This document shows positions 29,364 to 39,105 of a stretch of DNA of 64,000 bases, piece by piece. The position numbers and the translations under genes are program-made. The stretch is from Gammaproteobacteria bacterium (GTDB lineage Bacteria; Pseudomonadota; Gammaproteobacteria; Eutrophobiales; Eutrophobiaceae). The DNA is taken from the NCBI GenBank assembly GCA_965116495.1, contig OZ220696.1:320001-384000 (forward strand). Reading direction: 5' to 3'. Within the stretch, counting starts at the first letter, position 1. Each line of letters opens with the position of its first letter. The notes beneath the pieces were generated by a model. The model made no database searches and had not been told where the DNA came from. It saw nothing but the letters and a program-made list of their open reading frames with translations.

Positions 29364-31088
29364 ATGGATATGGAAACCAAAACCTATACCTATGTAGCAG
29401 GCAAGAAACTTGACGTGGACAGTTCTGCCGCGGACCCGGTAACCACGCAACTGGTGCGTAATTCTCTCAACTCCATCGCCAACCAGATGCGCAACACCCT
29501 GACCCGGGCCTCGTTTTCGCCTATTGTCTACGAGGCAAACGACTTTTGCGTGGCGCTCTATGATCACAATATCTGCCTGTTGTCCCAGGCGCCGACATTG
29601 CCGGTATTCCTGGGCACCATGAATTTCTGTATCGAAGCTGCCGTTGAAGGCGTGGGCGGAGTTGATGTGCTGGAACCCGGTGATATCGTGCTTTACAACA
29701 TGCCATATGGCACCGGTTCCCATGCTCAGGATGCCGCGGTGGTGATGCCGGTGTTCATGGAGGACGGGGAACTGGCAGGTTACGCCTGTAACAAGGCGCA
29801 CTGGTATGACATCGGCGCCAAGAACCCGTATTGTACCGATACCGAGGATCTGTTCCAGGAAGGCGTGATCTTCCCCGGTGTAAAAATATACAAACGGGGC
29901 GAGAAAAATGACGACATTTTCCGCATGGTGGAGGCCAATACGCGCACCCCGGATTTTGTCCTGGGAGACATCCATGCCCAAAGCGCTTCTGCGCGGGCCG
30001 GGGCTGAGGCTCTGGTCAAACTGATACACCGCTTCGGGCGGGATACGTTCCGCCTGTGCGTACAGCGCATGTTCGATCATGGTGAAGCATTGGTGCGGGA
30101 TTTTTTCACGAAATTACCTGACGGTCGCTATACCGCGACCAGCACCATGGATAATGACGGCATTACAGATGAGACCATCGATTTTGAAATTGTCGTGGAA
30201 ATCGAGGGCAGCACTATCCGTATTGATTATTCCAAAGTGCCTGACGCGGTCGCCGGACCCATGAACTGCCCGTTCCCGTCGACCGTATCCGGCAGCCGCG
30301 TGGCCATCGGCATGATGCTGGGCGAAGGGGGTTCTCCGGCGGAAGGGCATTTTCGCCCGCTTGAGGTGGTCACACGTACCGGGTCCATGTTCCATCCGGT
30401 TGCGCCGCAGCCCTGTTATTTATACGGCTGGCCGCTGATGCATGCGATGGAGGCGATTTATGAAGCCTTCTCAAAGGCTGCCACGGACCTGGTGCCTTCC
30501 GGCAGTGCCGGTGACATTTGCGCCGTGCAAGCCTATGGCTACCATTCAGAGACCGGCGAGTTTTTCTTCAACGGTTACGCCCTGCCCGTAGGGCACGGTG
30601 CTTCCGCCGACGCGGATGGTGCGACCCTGTATGTCCCCGCACTGGCCAAATCCACCCTGCCGTCGGCGGAAATACAGGAAGCCAAGTTTCCGTTCGTGTT
30701 CAGGAAATGGAACCTGGCCCCCGATTCCTGCGGCCCCGGCAAGTACCGGGGCGGCCTGGGCGTAGATTACGAATGGCAGGTGATGCACGATGCGCGCCTG
30801 ATCTCCACGGTTGAGAATACCAAGACACCGGCCTGGGCCCAGCAGGGCGGACTGTCCGGGACCTGTAACGGTTTTACCATCGAATATCCCGACGGACGTA
30901 TCGAAAAACGCAACAAGGTCACGGGATTACCCGTACCGGAAGGGACCGTTGTGAAAATCCATTGCGGAGGAGGTGGTGGCTATGGATCACCGTCTGAGCG
31001 GGCTCCGGAAGCGGTGCAGCGGGACCTGGCAGAAGGCTATATCAGCGAACAGCACGCCAGGCAATATTATCCTCATGCATTTGCCTGA
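29364..31088 (+). CDS. Hydantoinase B/oxoprolinase subunit
   Basis: GSHAQD, HWYDIG, DSCGPGKYRGG and GGGGYGSP motifs. Confidence 0.93.
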   Translation: MDMETKTYTYVAGKKLDVDSSAADPVTTQLVRNSLNSIANQMRNTLTRASFSPIVYEANDFCVALYDHNICLLSQAPTLPVFLGTMNFCIEAAVEGVGGVDVLEPGDIVLYNMPYGTGSHAQDAAVVMPVFMEDGELAGYACNKAHWYDIGAKNPYCTDTEDLFQEGVIFPGVKIYKRGEKNDDIFRMVEANTRTPDFVLGDIHAQSASARAGAEALVKLIHRFGRDTFRLCVQRMFDHGEALVRDFFTKLPDGRYTATSTMDNDGITDETIDFEIVVEIEGSTIRIDYSKVPDAVAGPMNCPFPSTVSGSRVAIGMMLGEGGSPAEGHFRPLEVVTRTGSMFHPVAPQPCYLYGWPLMHAMEAIYEAFSKAATDLVPSGSAGDICAVQAYGYHSETGEFFFNGYALPVGHGASADADGATLYVPALAKSTLPSAEIQEAKFPFVFRKWNLAPDSCGPGKYRGGLGVDYEWQVMHDARLISTVENTKTPAWAQQGGLSGTCNGFTIEYPDGRIEKRNKVTGLPVPEGTVVKIHCGGGGGYGSPSERAPEAVQRDLAEGYISEQHARQYYPHAFA

Positions 31089-31151
31089 TATATAGAAATT
31101 TATTAAAATAATTCTATACCTACATAAATAACATCCATGAAGGGGGACAGT

Positions 31152-33293
31152 ATGAAAATCCAGATTACTTGCCTTACAGCGCTGGTTATGGGTTTCCTCA
31201 TTAACCTGCCTGTATTTGCACAGGGTACCGGCACGCTGGAAGAGATCGTGGTAACCGCCACCAAGCGTGAGACCAACCTGCAGGACACCGCCATGTCCGT
31301 TTCCGCGTTCACCGGTGAACAGCTCGCACAGGCCGGCGCAACGGACCTCAGGGAAATGCAGTTGTTCACACCGGGGCTCTGGGTAGGCGGTAATGCCGGT
31401 TTTGGCACCAGTCCCATCGTTATTCGCGGCATCGGCTCGTTGATTACCGGTATCGGCGCGGATGAAGCAGTCGGTATTTACATTGACGGAATATACCAGG
31501 GACGCTCTGCCGGCAACATATTCGAGTTCGTCGATATTGACCGGGTTGAAGTCCTGCGTGGTCCGCAAGGGACGCTGTACGGACGTAACGCTACGGGGGG
31601 CGCCATCAACGTCATCACCAGGACACCGGGAGATGAGTTTGAAGGCCGCGTGGAAGGCGAGGTCGCATCTTTCGATGGCTGGGGGGCGCGCGGTTATTTC
31701 CTGGTGCCTGTCTCCGATAACCTGGGGATAAAATTTTCCGGCGGCAAGTACGACCGTGACGGCTGGGTCCATAATCCCACGACCGGCGTTGCCGGCGCTT
31801 CCGTGGAGAAGGAGTATTTTTCGTTTGGGATGCATTGGACGCCAACAGATAGAACCACGGTTGATCTGCGCGGATATACGGGTATAACAAAAATTCCTTC
31901 CGCATATAAAGACTTGAACGATGGGATAGATACATTGAGTGTTTATACCGCTGATCATCCCAATACTTCCAGGCGCGAGTTTACTTCTGTCAGCGGCACT
32001 ATCACCCATGACTTTGACTGGTTCACGGCGAAGGCGATAGTCGGCTATCTTGAAACGGAAGTGGCAGATCTGTCCGATTCCGACGGCCAGGCGATCAACA
32101 ACGTACAATACCGCGGGTTCAATGAATCCGACCAATACAGCGTGGAGTTACAATTCGCTTCAACGGGCTCAGGTCCGTTTACCTGGTTGATAGGCGCGTT
32201 TTACTTCGACGAGTTTGCCGATGATCACACGCCGTTTAATTTCTTCCGTGATCCCATGGCCATATTCGGCGTTCCACCGGGAATAGGGCTTGGACCACTC
32301 GGTTTGCTGTTTGCGGCGGAAGTAAATACAGAGGCCTGGGCCGGTTTCGGCGAAGTGACATTCCAGCCGGTTGACAGGATTACACTCACCGCCGGTGTGC
32401 GTTACAGTACCGAGTCCAAGGACTGGCTGGGTTGTATCGGGGCATTTGCCGTATACGAGGTTGATTACAGACCCGACCTTTGCGATGGCAGCTTTGTCCC
32501 GGATGACGATTCCTGGGATGCCTGGACGCCGCACTTCGTCATCGATTTTCAGTTGACCGACGACATGCTTGTCTACGCGAGCGCCACACGGGGGTTCCGT
32601 AGCGGCGGCTGGAACTGGACCGCCCCTACTTTCCCCGATACGGATAACGGCTTTAATCCGGAATTCGTCTGGACTTACGAGGGCGGCATGAAGACGGATT
32701 TGCTGGACCGGCGGGCGCGGTTTAACATCTCGGGCTTTTATTCCGATTTCACCAATGTACAGGTGCGCACTACGGATCCCAACGGCCTCATCACCATCCT
32801 GAATGCGGCTACCGCGGATATCTATGGCGTGGAAATGGAGTTGAGCGCAACGCCTGTCGACAATTTCAATATTGCCGGTACCGTGGCCTGGCTGGATGCA
32901 ACATATGCTGAGTTTATCGGCGCCGGAGGCGTCGACCTGTCAGGCAACAGGTTGAACCGGGCGCCGGAGTGGCAGCTTTCACTGATGGCGCAATATACGT
33001 TTCCCATCGGCGATTTCGGCACACTCACCCCCCGTGTTGAATGGCAATATGTCGACGAAATCTTCCATGACGAAAATAACACCCAGCCGCAGGGTTCGGA
33101 GAGTTTCGATATTATCAATGTAAAGCTGCGCTTTGAGTCCAACGATTCTAGTTGGGGTGCGGAGTTGTATGCGAAAAACGCGGACAATACCCAGTACCGC
33201 GCGCACTCGTTCCAGGGAATACTGCCCAACATCCTGCCCAGCCAGTACAGCGACCCGCGTATATTCGGCGGCAAGGTATTTTTCAATTTTTAG
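31152..33293 (+). CDS. TonB-dependent receptor embedded in the hydantoinase array
   Basis: LEEIVVTATKRE, RVEVLRGPQGTLYGRNATGGAIN, C-terminal FNF. Confidence 0.95.
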   Translation: MKIQITCLTALVMGFLINLPVFAQGTGTLEEIVVTATKRETNLQDTAMSVSAFTGEQLAQAGATDLREMQLFTPGLWVGGNAGFGTSPIVIRGIGSLITGIGADEAVGIYIDGIYQGRSAGNIFEFVDIDRVEVLRGPQGTLYGRNATGGAINVITRTPGDEFEGRVEGEVASFDGWGARGYFLVPVSDNLGIKFSGGKYDRDGWVHNPTTGVAGASVEKEYFSFGMHWTPTDRTTVDLRGYTGITKIPSAYKDLNDGIDTLSVYTADHPNTSRREFTSVSGTITHDFDWFTAKAIVGYLETEVADLSDSDGQAINNVQYRGFNESDQYSVELQFASTGSGPFTWLIGAFYFDEFADDHTPFNFFRDPMAIFGVPPGIGLGPLGLLFAAEVNTEAWAGFGEVTFQPVDRITLTAGVRYSTESKDWLGCIGAFAVYEVDYRPDLCDGSFVPDDDSWDAWTPHFVIDFQLTDDMLVYASATRGFRSGGWNWTAPTFPDTDNGFNPEFVWTYEGGMKTDLLDRRARFNISGFYSDFTNVQVRTTDPNGLITILNAATADIYGVEMELSATPVDNFNIAGTVAWLDATYAEFIGAGGVDLSGNRLNRAPEWQLSLMAQYTFPIGDFGTLTPRVEWQYVDEIFHDENNTQPQGSESFDIINVKLRFESNDSSWGAELYAKNADNTQYRAHSFQGILPNILPSQYSDPRIFGGKVFFNF

Positions 33294-33326
33294 TTGTGCC
33301 TGACTTTTACCGGCGCTTAACCGACA

Positions 33327-33351
33327 GGGGACAGAATTCAATTCTGTCCCT
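33327..33351. repeat. REP-like palindrome
   Basis: ggggacagaatt-c-aattctgtccct. Confidence 0.75.
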
Positions 33352-33372
33352 TGTTACTGTACCCTGTTAACT

Positions 33373-35409
33373 ATGGCGACCAGAATTGGCGTTGACATCG
33401 GCGGTACGTTTACCGATCTGTTGTTCTATAACGATCAGACTTCAGATATGCTGGTGGCCAAGGTGCCGACCACTCCCGCATCCCCTGAGCAGGGTTGTGT
33501 CCAGGTAGTAACTGACTCTGTTGATGGGGATCAGTTGCTGCAGACGCAGTACTTTTTGCATGGGACCACTGTCGGGCTCAACTCATTACTGGAGCGCAAG
33601 GGCGCCCGAGTAGGCTTGCTGGCGACCCGTGGGTTCCGCGATATCCTGGAAATCCGCCGCGGCGACCGGGACGAAATGTACAACCTGTTCTGGCAGTTGC
33701 CGGAACCCCTGGTCCCCAGGCGCTTGCGGTTGCCGGTTACCGGCCGCATCCGATCCGATGGCGCGGTTCACATACCTTTTGAAAAACAGGACGTACTTGA
33801 TGCGCTCGAGGTGTTCACCAGTGAGGGGGTGAACAGTATCGCGGTGGCGTTTATGAATGCTTACGCCAACCCGGACCATGAACTGGCCGCGGAGACCGCT
33901 ATCAGGGAAGCCGGATTCGATGGCGAAATTTCCCTGTCCCATCGGATATCACGGGAATACAGGGAATATGAACGCACTTCCACGACCGTGATCGATGCTT
34001 TTGTGCGCGGGCGCATGTCGAATTACCTGCGGCGGCTGGAAGCCGACCTGCGCGGCGCCGGGTTTAACGGCGCTTGTCTCATAACCCGGTCCGGCAGCGG
34101 ATCCATGACATTTACCGAAGCCGAAGACCGGCCTTTTGAGACGATTATGTCAGGGCCGGTGGCAGGCGCTGAAGGTGGCGGTGAACTGTCCAGACAACTG
34201 GACCTGGGAGATCTGATAACGGCAGACGTCGGCGGCACCAGTTTTGACACCTGCGTAATCACCCAGGGCCGGCCAACCTTGTTGTATGAGGGGAAGATAG
34301 TGGGGATGCCGTTGCAAACTCCCTGGGTGGATGTACGTTCAATCGGCGCCGGGGGAGGGTCTATCGCCCAGGTTGACGTGGGTGGACTGCTTCGGGTCGG
34401 ACCCGAAAGCGGGGGAGCCGACCCGGGTCCCGCCTGCTACGGCAAGGGGGGTGAAAACGCCTGTATGACCGATGCTGCTTTTTACCTCGGGATGCTGGGG
34501 GAAGGAAGACTGGCATCAGGAATGCAGCTTGACCTTGAGCTTGCGGAAAAGGCCTTGCAACCCCTGGCGGATAAGCTGGGATACGAACTGGATGAAACTG
34601 CCATCGGTGTCATGGATATCGCATCGGCATCCATGGCCGACGCGATACGGGAAATCACCGTGGAGCAGGGCATCGACCCGAGAAAGATGAAGCTGCTGGC
34701 TTTCGGCGGCGCCGGCCCTTTGATGAGTGCCCTGCTGGCCCGTGACCTGGACATCACGGAAATTATTATCCCTCTCCATGCCGGCAATTTCTCCGCCTGG
34801 GGTCTGTTGGGGGCCGACCTGACACGGGCCACTGCGCGTACACGCATCATGCGCCTGGATGAAGACAGCCTGGCAGATGCCAATGAAATCCTGGATGAGA
34901 TGTATTCGGACCTGGCTGCCCGTGCAGGCAGCGCCGGGGATGGGGATGAGTGGGCGCGGGAGGTTGGCCTGGATATGCGTTATAAAGGACAGGAACACAC
35001 GCTGAGTATCAATGTACCCAGCGAGAACGGGCGGGTGGCTGTCACGACCGAACAGGTGCGCGAGATCTTTACCCGTGATTATGATCGAACATTCGGCAAT
35101 ACCATGGAAGAGCCGGTAGAGATTGTGTCGATCCGCGCCACGGTGAGACATGCCCTGCCAAGAAGGTCGGAAACGCCCTCAGCGCTGAACGGCTCAGAAG
35201 AAACACACACCATCCGGGAAGCATATTCTTTTACCGAAAAGAAACGAATGGACTTCCGCATTCTTGACCGTTCATCCATGCAGGTCGGCGCTACCCTGAC
35301 AGGACCTGCTATTATTAATGAACCGACTGCGACCACTTACCTCGATGCGAACTGGGCCTGTGAAGTCCATGGTTCGGGGTGCTTATTCATTGCGCGTGTT
35401 GCCACGTAA
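33373..35409 (+). CDS. Hydantoinase/oxoprolinase subunit A
   Basis: Same motifs; visibly a close paralog of 27322..29361. Confidence 0.93.
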   Translation: MATRIGVDIGGTFTDLLFYNDQTSDMLVAKVPTTPASPEQGCVQVVTDSVDGDQLLQTQYFLHGTTVGLNSLLERKGARVGLLATRGFRDILEIRRGDRDEMYNLFWQLPEPLVPRRLRLPVTGRIRSDGAVHIPFEKQDVLDALEVFTSEGVNSIAVAFMNAYANPDHELAAETAIREAGFDGEISLSHRISREYREYERTSTTVIDAFVRGRMSNYLRRLEADLRGAGFNGACLITRSGSGSMTFTEAEDRPFETIMSGPVAGAEGGGELSRQLDLGDLITADVGGTSFDTCVITQGRPTLLYEGKIVGMPLQTPWVDVRSIGAGGGSIAQVDVGGLLRVGPESGGADPGPACYGKGGENACMTDAAFYLGMLGEGRLASGMQLDLELAEKALQPLADKLGYELDETAIGVMDIASASMADAIREITVEQGIDPRKMKLLAFGGAGPLMSALLARDLDITEIIIPLHAGNFSAWGLLGADLTRATARTRIMRLDEDSLADANEILDEMYSDLAARAGSAGDGDEWAREVGLDMRYKGQEHTLSINVPSENGRVAVTTEQVREIFTRDYDRTFGNTMEEPVEIVSIRATVRHALPRRSETPSALNGSEETHTIREAYSFTEKKRMDFRILDRSSMQVGATLTGPAIINEPTATTYLDANWACEVHGSGCLFIARVAT

Positions 35410-35419
35410 CGGGAGCGCT

Positions 35420-35444
35420 GGGGACGGATTTCAAATCCGTCCCC
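35420..35444. repeat. REP-like palindrome
   Basis: ggggacggattt-c-aaatccgtcccc, flanked by 11-bp direct repeats cgtaacgggag (35405-35415, 35472-35482). Confidence 0.8.
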
Positions 35445-35488
35445 TGACAACTTTTAATCCGCGCATTGACGCGTAACGGGAGATAGTA

Positions 35489-37228
35489 ATGGATACACTA
35501 GCTGACAGCGAAATCAGAATTTATCGAGCCTTACCCGGTACGCATAGCGGCACTGATGCTGACCCGGTACAGACTGAAATAGTCCGCCATTCGCTCAACT
35601 CGGCTGCCAACCAGATGAAGCGAACCCTGATTCGCACATCATTCTCGCCGGTGATTTATGAGGTGCTGGACTTTGCCGCCGCCTTGTATGATACGAAGGT
35701 TCGCTTGCTCGCCCAGGCGCCCTCCATCCCGCTGTTCATGGGCACCCTGAATTTCTGTGTCGAAGCAGCGGTTGAAGGCTCGGGTGGTGTGGAAAATCTC
35801 GAACCCGGTGATATCATCCTCTACAACTGGCCGTTCGGTACCGGATCCCATGCCCAGGATACGGCCATGATTCAGCCGGTGTTTACCGATGACGGCACGC
35901 TGGTCGGGTATTCGGCTATCAAGGCCCATTGGCTGGATATCGGCGCCATCGCGCCTTACTGCACTGACACAACGGATGTTTTTCAGGAAGGAACGTTTTT
36001 CCCGGGCGTCAAGCTCTACAAGGGCGGAAAACTCGTTGATGATATACACCGTTTTGTGCTGGCCAATTCGCGTATGCCTGCATTCGTCGCGGGAGATATC
36101 CTTGCCCAGGCGACCGCCGTAGGCGTCGGCGCGCGCAACCTGGTACGCATTGTCGACCGTTACGGACTGGAGGTATTTCACAACACGGTCGAACGCATAT
36201 TCGACCACGGTGAGGCGACGGTACGCAGTTATTTCGAAAAGATTCCCGACGGACGCTACGTGGGACACGGCATGATGGACAACAACGGCGTCGATGATAA
36301 ACCGATCCCCTTTAATGTCGTTGTCGAGGTAAGGGGGTCATCGGTACGGGTGGACTTCACCAATTCACCGGAAGTGCAACCCGGGCCGGTAAACTGTCCC
36401 GTTGCCTCTACCGTCTCTGCCAGCCGCGTTGCCATCACCATGCTGGCGGGAGGTAACCAGGCGCCCTGCGATGGCCATTTCCGGCCTGTGGAAATCGTCA
36501 CACGGCGTAATTCCATGTTTGATCCCAACCCGCCTGCGCCCTGTTTCCTGTATGGCTGGCCTGCTATGCAGTCCATGGAGGTCATCTACCATGCCATGTC
36601 CAAGGTCAACCCGGAAACCGTGCCTGCCTGTTCAGGCGGCGACCTGTGCGCCCTGGTATGGTGGGGCACCAGGCAGGATTCCGGTGAGATGTGGGGTGAT
36701 GGTTCACCGTTCCCTGTCGGCCACGGTGGCAGCATCAGTGGGGACGGCAGTACCATGATGCACGCGGCCGAGGCGGCCACCCGGTTCGCCTCAATGGAGG
36801 TGATGGAGTCCAAGTTCCCGTGGGTGGTTGAACAGTGTCAGTTTGTACCGGACAGTTGCGGCGCCGGCAAATTTCGCGGTGGTATGGGTTACGACCTGGG
36901 TTTTGAACTGCTGGAAGAAGCTTATTGCACGCCGACCCTGGAACGGACCCGCACCAGGCCCTGGGGCCTTGCCGGCGGAGGTGAAGCGCGCGCCAACAGC
37001 GGTACTTTGCGTTATCCTGACGGCCGGGTGGAAGCATTTACGAAAGCGACTGGGATGCCTGTACCGAAAGGGGCCGTGTTGACGATCCATACAGGCGGGG
37101 GAGGTGGCTACGGGCCGCCAGAGCAGCGGGCATTGGAACAGGTCGAAGCGGATCTGAAGGAGGGTTATATCACGGAAGCCTTTGCACGGGAACACCATGC
37201 TGATGTTAAGACGAACCAGGCGATATGA
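35489..37228 (+). CDS. Hydantoinase B/oxoprolinase subunit
   Basis: NWPFGTGSHAQD, KAHWLDIG and GGGGYGPP motifs. Confidence 0.93.
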   Translation: MDTLADSEIRIYRALPGTHSGTDADPVQTEIVRHSLNSAANQMKRTLIRTSFSPVIYEVLDFAAALYDTKVRLLAQAPSIPLFMGTLNFCVEAAVEGSGGVENLEPGDIILYNWPFGTGSHAQDTAMIQPVFTDDGTLVGYSAIKAHWLDIGAIAPYCTDTTDVFQEGTFFPGVKLYKGGKLVDDIHRFVLANSRMPAFVAGDILAQATAVGVGARNLVRIVDRYGLEVFHNTVERIFDHGEATVRSYFEKIPDGRYVGHGMMDNNGVDDKPIPFNVVVEVRGSSVRVDFTNSPEVQPGPVNCPVASTVSASRVAITMLAGGNQAPCDGHFRPVEIVTRRNSMFDPNPPAPCFLYGWPAMQSMEVIYHAMSKVNPETVPACSGGDLCALVWWGTRQDSGEMWGDGSPFPVGHGGSISGDGSTMMHAAEAATRFASMEVMESKFPWVVEQCQFVPDSCGAGKFRGGMGYDLGFELLEEAYCTPTLERTRTRPWGLAGGGEARANSGTLRYPDGRVEAFTKATGMPVPKGAVLTIHTGGGGGYGPPEQRALEQVEADLKEGYITEAFAREHHADVKTNQAI

Positions 37229-37238
37229 GAGACGATAC

Positions 37239-38978
37239 ATGGATATGAACACAGTAGAGACGGTAGTGCATAAAGCGGGCTTCGGCCGTTCTGAAGGCAC
37301 CCGCGACGCCGACCCGATCACGACCGAGATCATGCGTAATTCGCTCAGCTCTGCGGCCAACCAGATGAAGAGTACCTTGTGCCGCATCGCATTCTCGCCG
37401 TTGATATACGAAACGTTGGATTTTGCCGCGGCGATATACGATGAAGACTTCTGCATGCTGGCCCAGGCGCCCTCGTTACCGCTGTTCATGGGGTCGCTTA
37501 CCTATTGTGTTAAAGAGGCCTCTGATGCGGTGGGCGGGTCTGAAAACATGCGTGAAGGGGACGTGATCATATACAACTGGCCGTTTGGCACCGGGTCCCA
37601 TGCCCAGGACGTTGTGCTGGTGGCGCCGGCGTTTCTCGGGAAAAAACTGATCGGTTACACGGCAGTCAAGGCCCATTGGCTGGATATCGCGGCCAAGGAA
37701 CCCTATTGCACCGATACGACCGACGTTTACCAGGAGGGCGTTATCTTCCCCGGCATCAAGTTGTATGACAGCGGCGAAGTGGTACGGGATGTATACAACC
37801 TGGTAATGGCCAATACGCGTATGCCCAAGATCATTTTTGGCGATATGCGAGCGCAGGCAACGGCAGTAAACATCGGCGCCCGCGAACTACAACGCGTGGT
37901 GAAACGCTTCGGCTATGAGACATTCAGAACTTCAACACAACGGATTTACGACCATGGAGAAGCGCTCGTCCGGCGTTATTTCGCCAACCTGCCTGACGGC
38001 CGTTACGTGGGGGAAGGCTGTGTGGATGATGACGGCCTGAGTGACGACAAGATACCTTACCAGGTTATCGTCGAAATAGACGGTGATACGGTACGGGTGG
38101 ATTATTCCAATGCACCACCGGCCACACGCGGTCCCATTAATTGCCCGGTCCCTTCCACCATCTCAGTTGCCCGTGTCGCGATCTCCATGCTGGCCGGCAG
38201 CGGTTATGCGCCTAATGAAGGACATTTTCGCCCCCTTGAAGTCATTACCAGGCCGGGCACGCTGTTTCATCCGCTACCACCGTCGCCGTCATTTCTCTAC
38301 GGCTGGCCCGCGCTGCAATCCATCGATGCGATCTACAACGCCATCGGCAAGGCAAAACCGGAGGCTGTACCCGCCTGTTCAGGTTGCGACATCCCGAATG
38401 TTTACTGGTGGGGCTACCGGGAAAAAACCGGTGAGCCCTGGGCCCACGGCGGCGGCATGCCCTGTGGTGGTGGCGCACATGTCCGTGGTGACGGGACAAC
38501 CATGTACCACGTATCCCTGGCGCAGTCACGCATCTCGCCCCTGGAGCTGGCCGAAACCAAGTTTCCCCTGATCTATAACAAGTTTGAATTGGCCCAGGAC
38601 AGTTGTGGGGCAGGAAAAAATCGCGGCGCCTGCGGTATAGATATCAGTTACCACGTGACGGAGGAGTGTTTCGGTACTGCTCCGATTGAAAGACAGAAGA
38701 CGCCGCCATGGGGTCTGCAGGGTGGCGCTGAAGCGAGGCCGAACAGTATGACCGTGTACCGGCCCGGTGAGGTAGCGGAAAAAATTGGCAAGGCAACCGG
38801 TCTGAAGTTTCCCAAAGGGACTATTGTTGACTTGTCTATTGCCGGTGGAGGAGGCTATGGCCCACCCTCGGAGCGAGTTGTCGAGCGCGTATATGGGGAT
38901 ATTGCCGATGGTTATATCTCAGAGGCGTATGCGCGGCAACACTATCCCCAATCAACCAGCGACGAACAGGCAGCGTAA
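37239..38978 (+). CDS. Hydantoinase B/oxoprolinase subunit (second tandem B)
   Basis: NWPFGTGSHAQD and KAHWLDIA motifs; start placed at ATG 37239. Confidence 0.92.
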   Translation: MDMNTVETVVHKAGFGRSEGTRDADPITTEIMRNSLSSAANQMKSTLCRIAFSPLIYETLDFAAAIYDEDFCMLAQAPSLPLFMGSLTYCVKEASDAVGGSENMREGDVIIYNWPFGTGSHAQDVVLVAPAFLGKKLIGYTAVKAHWLDIAAKEPYCTDTTDVYQEGVIFPGIKLYDSGEVVRDVYNLVMANTRMPKIIFGDMRAQATAVNIGARELQRVVKRFGYETFRTSTQRIYDHGEALVRRYFANLPDGRYVGEGCVDDDGLSDDKIPYQVIVEIDGDTVRVDYSNAPPATRGPINCPVPSTISVARVAISMLAGSGYAPNEGHFRPLEVITRPGTLFHPLPPSPSFLYGWPALQSIDAIYNAIGKAKPEAVPACSGCDIPNVYWWGYREKTGEPWAHGGGMPCGGGAHVRGDGTTMYHVSLAQSRISPLELAETKFPLIYNKFELAQDSCGAGKNRGACGIDISYHVTEECFGTAPIERQKTPPWGLQGGAEARPNSMTVYRPGEVAEKIGKATGLKFPKGTIVDLSIAGGGGYGPPSERVVERVYGDIADGYISEAYARQHYPQSTSDEQAA

Positions 38979-39105
38979 CCCCCTGTTTTTGCTCCTTACC
39001 CCATGGGGGATTCTATAATTTAAATGTCTCTCTTAACTGTTAGACCAGTTTGTCCCAAACCTGTTACGACTTACAATACGCATTAGAGAAATCGAAGGAG
39101 CCGGT

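Noticed and set aside
35420-35444. ttcaaatcc (also acttcaa at 48509), resembling the tRNA-Sec UCA anticodon arm given selA nearby
   Set aside because: Both are centres of the palindromic repeat family; no acceptor, D or T arms can be folded around them
27322-38978. Assembly duplication as the explanation for the repeated hydantoinase genes
   Set aside because: The paralogs differ extensively at both protein and nucleotide level
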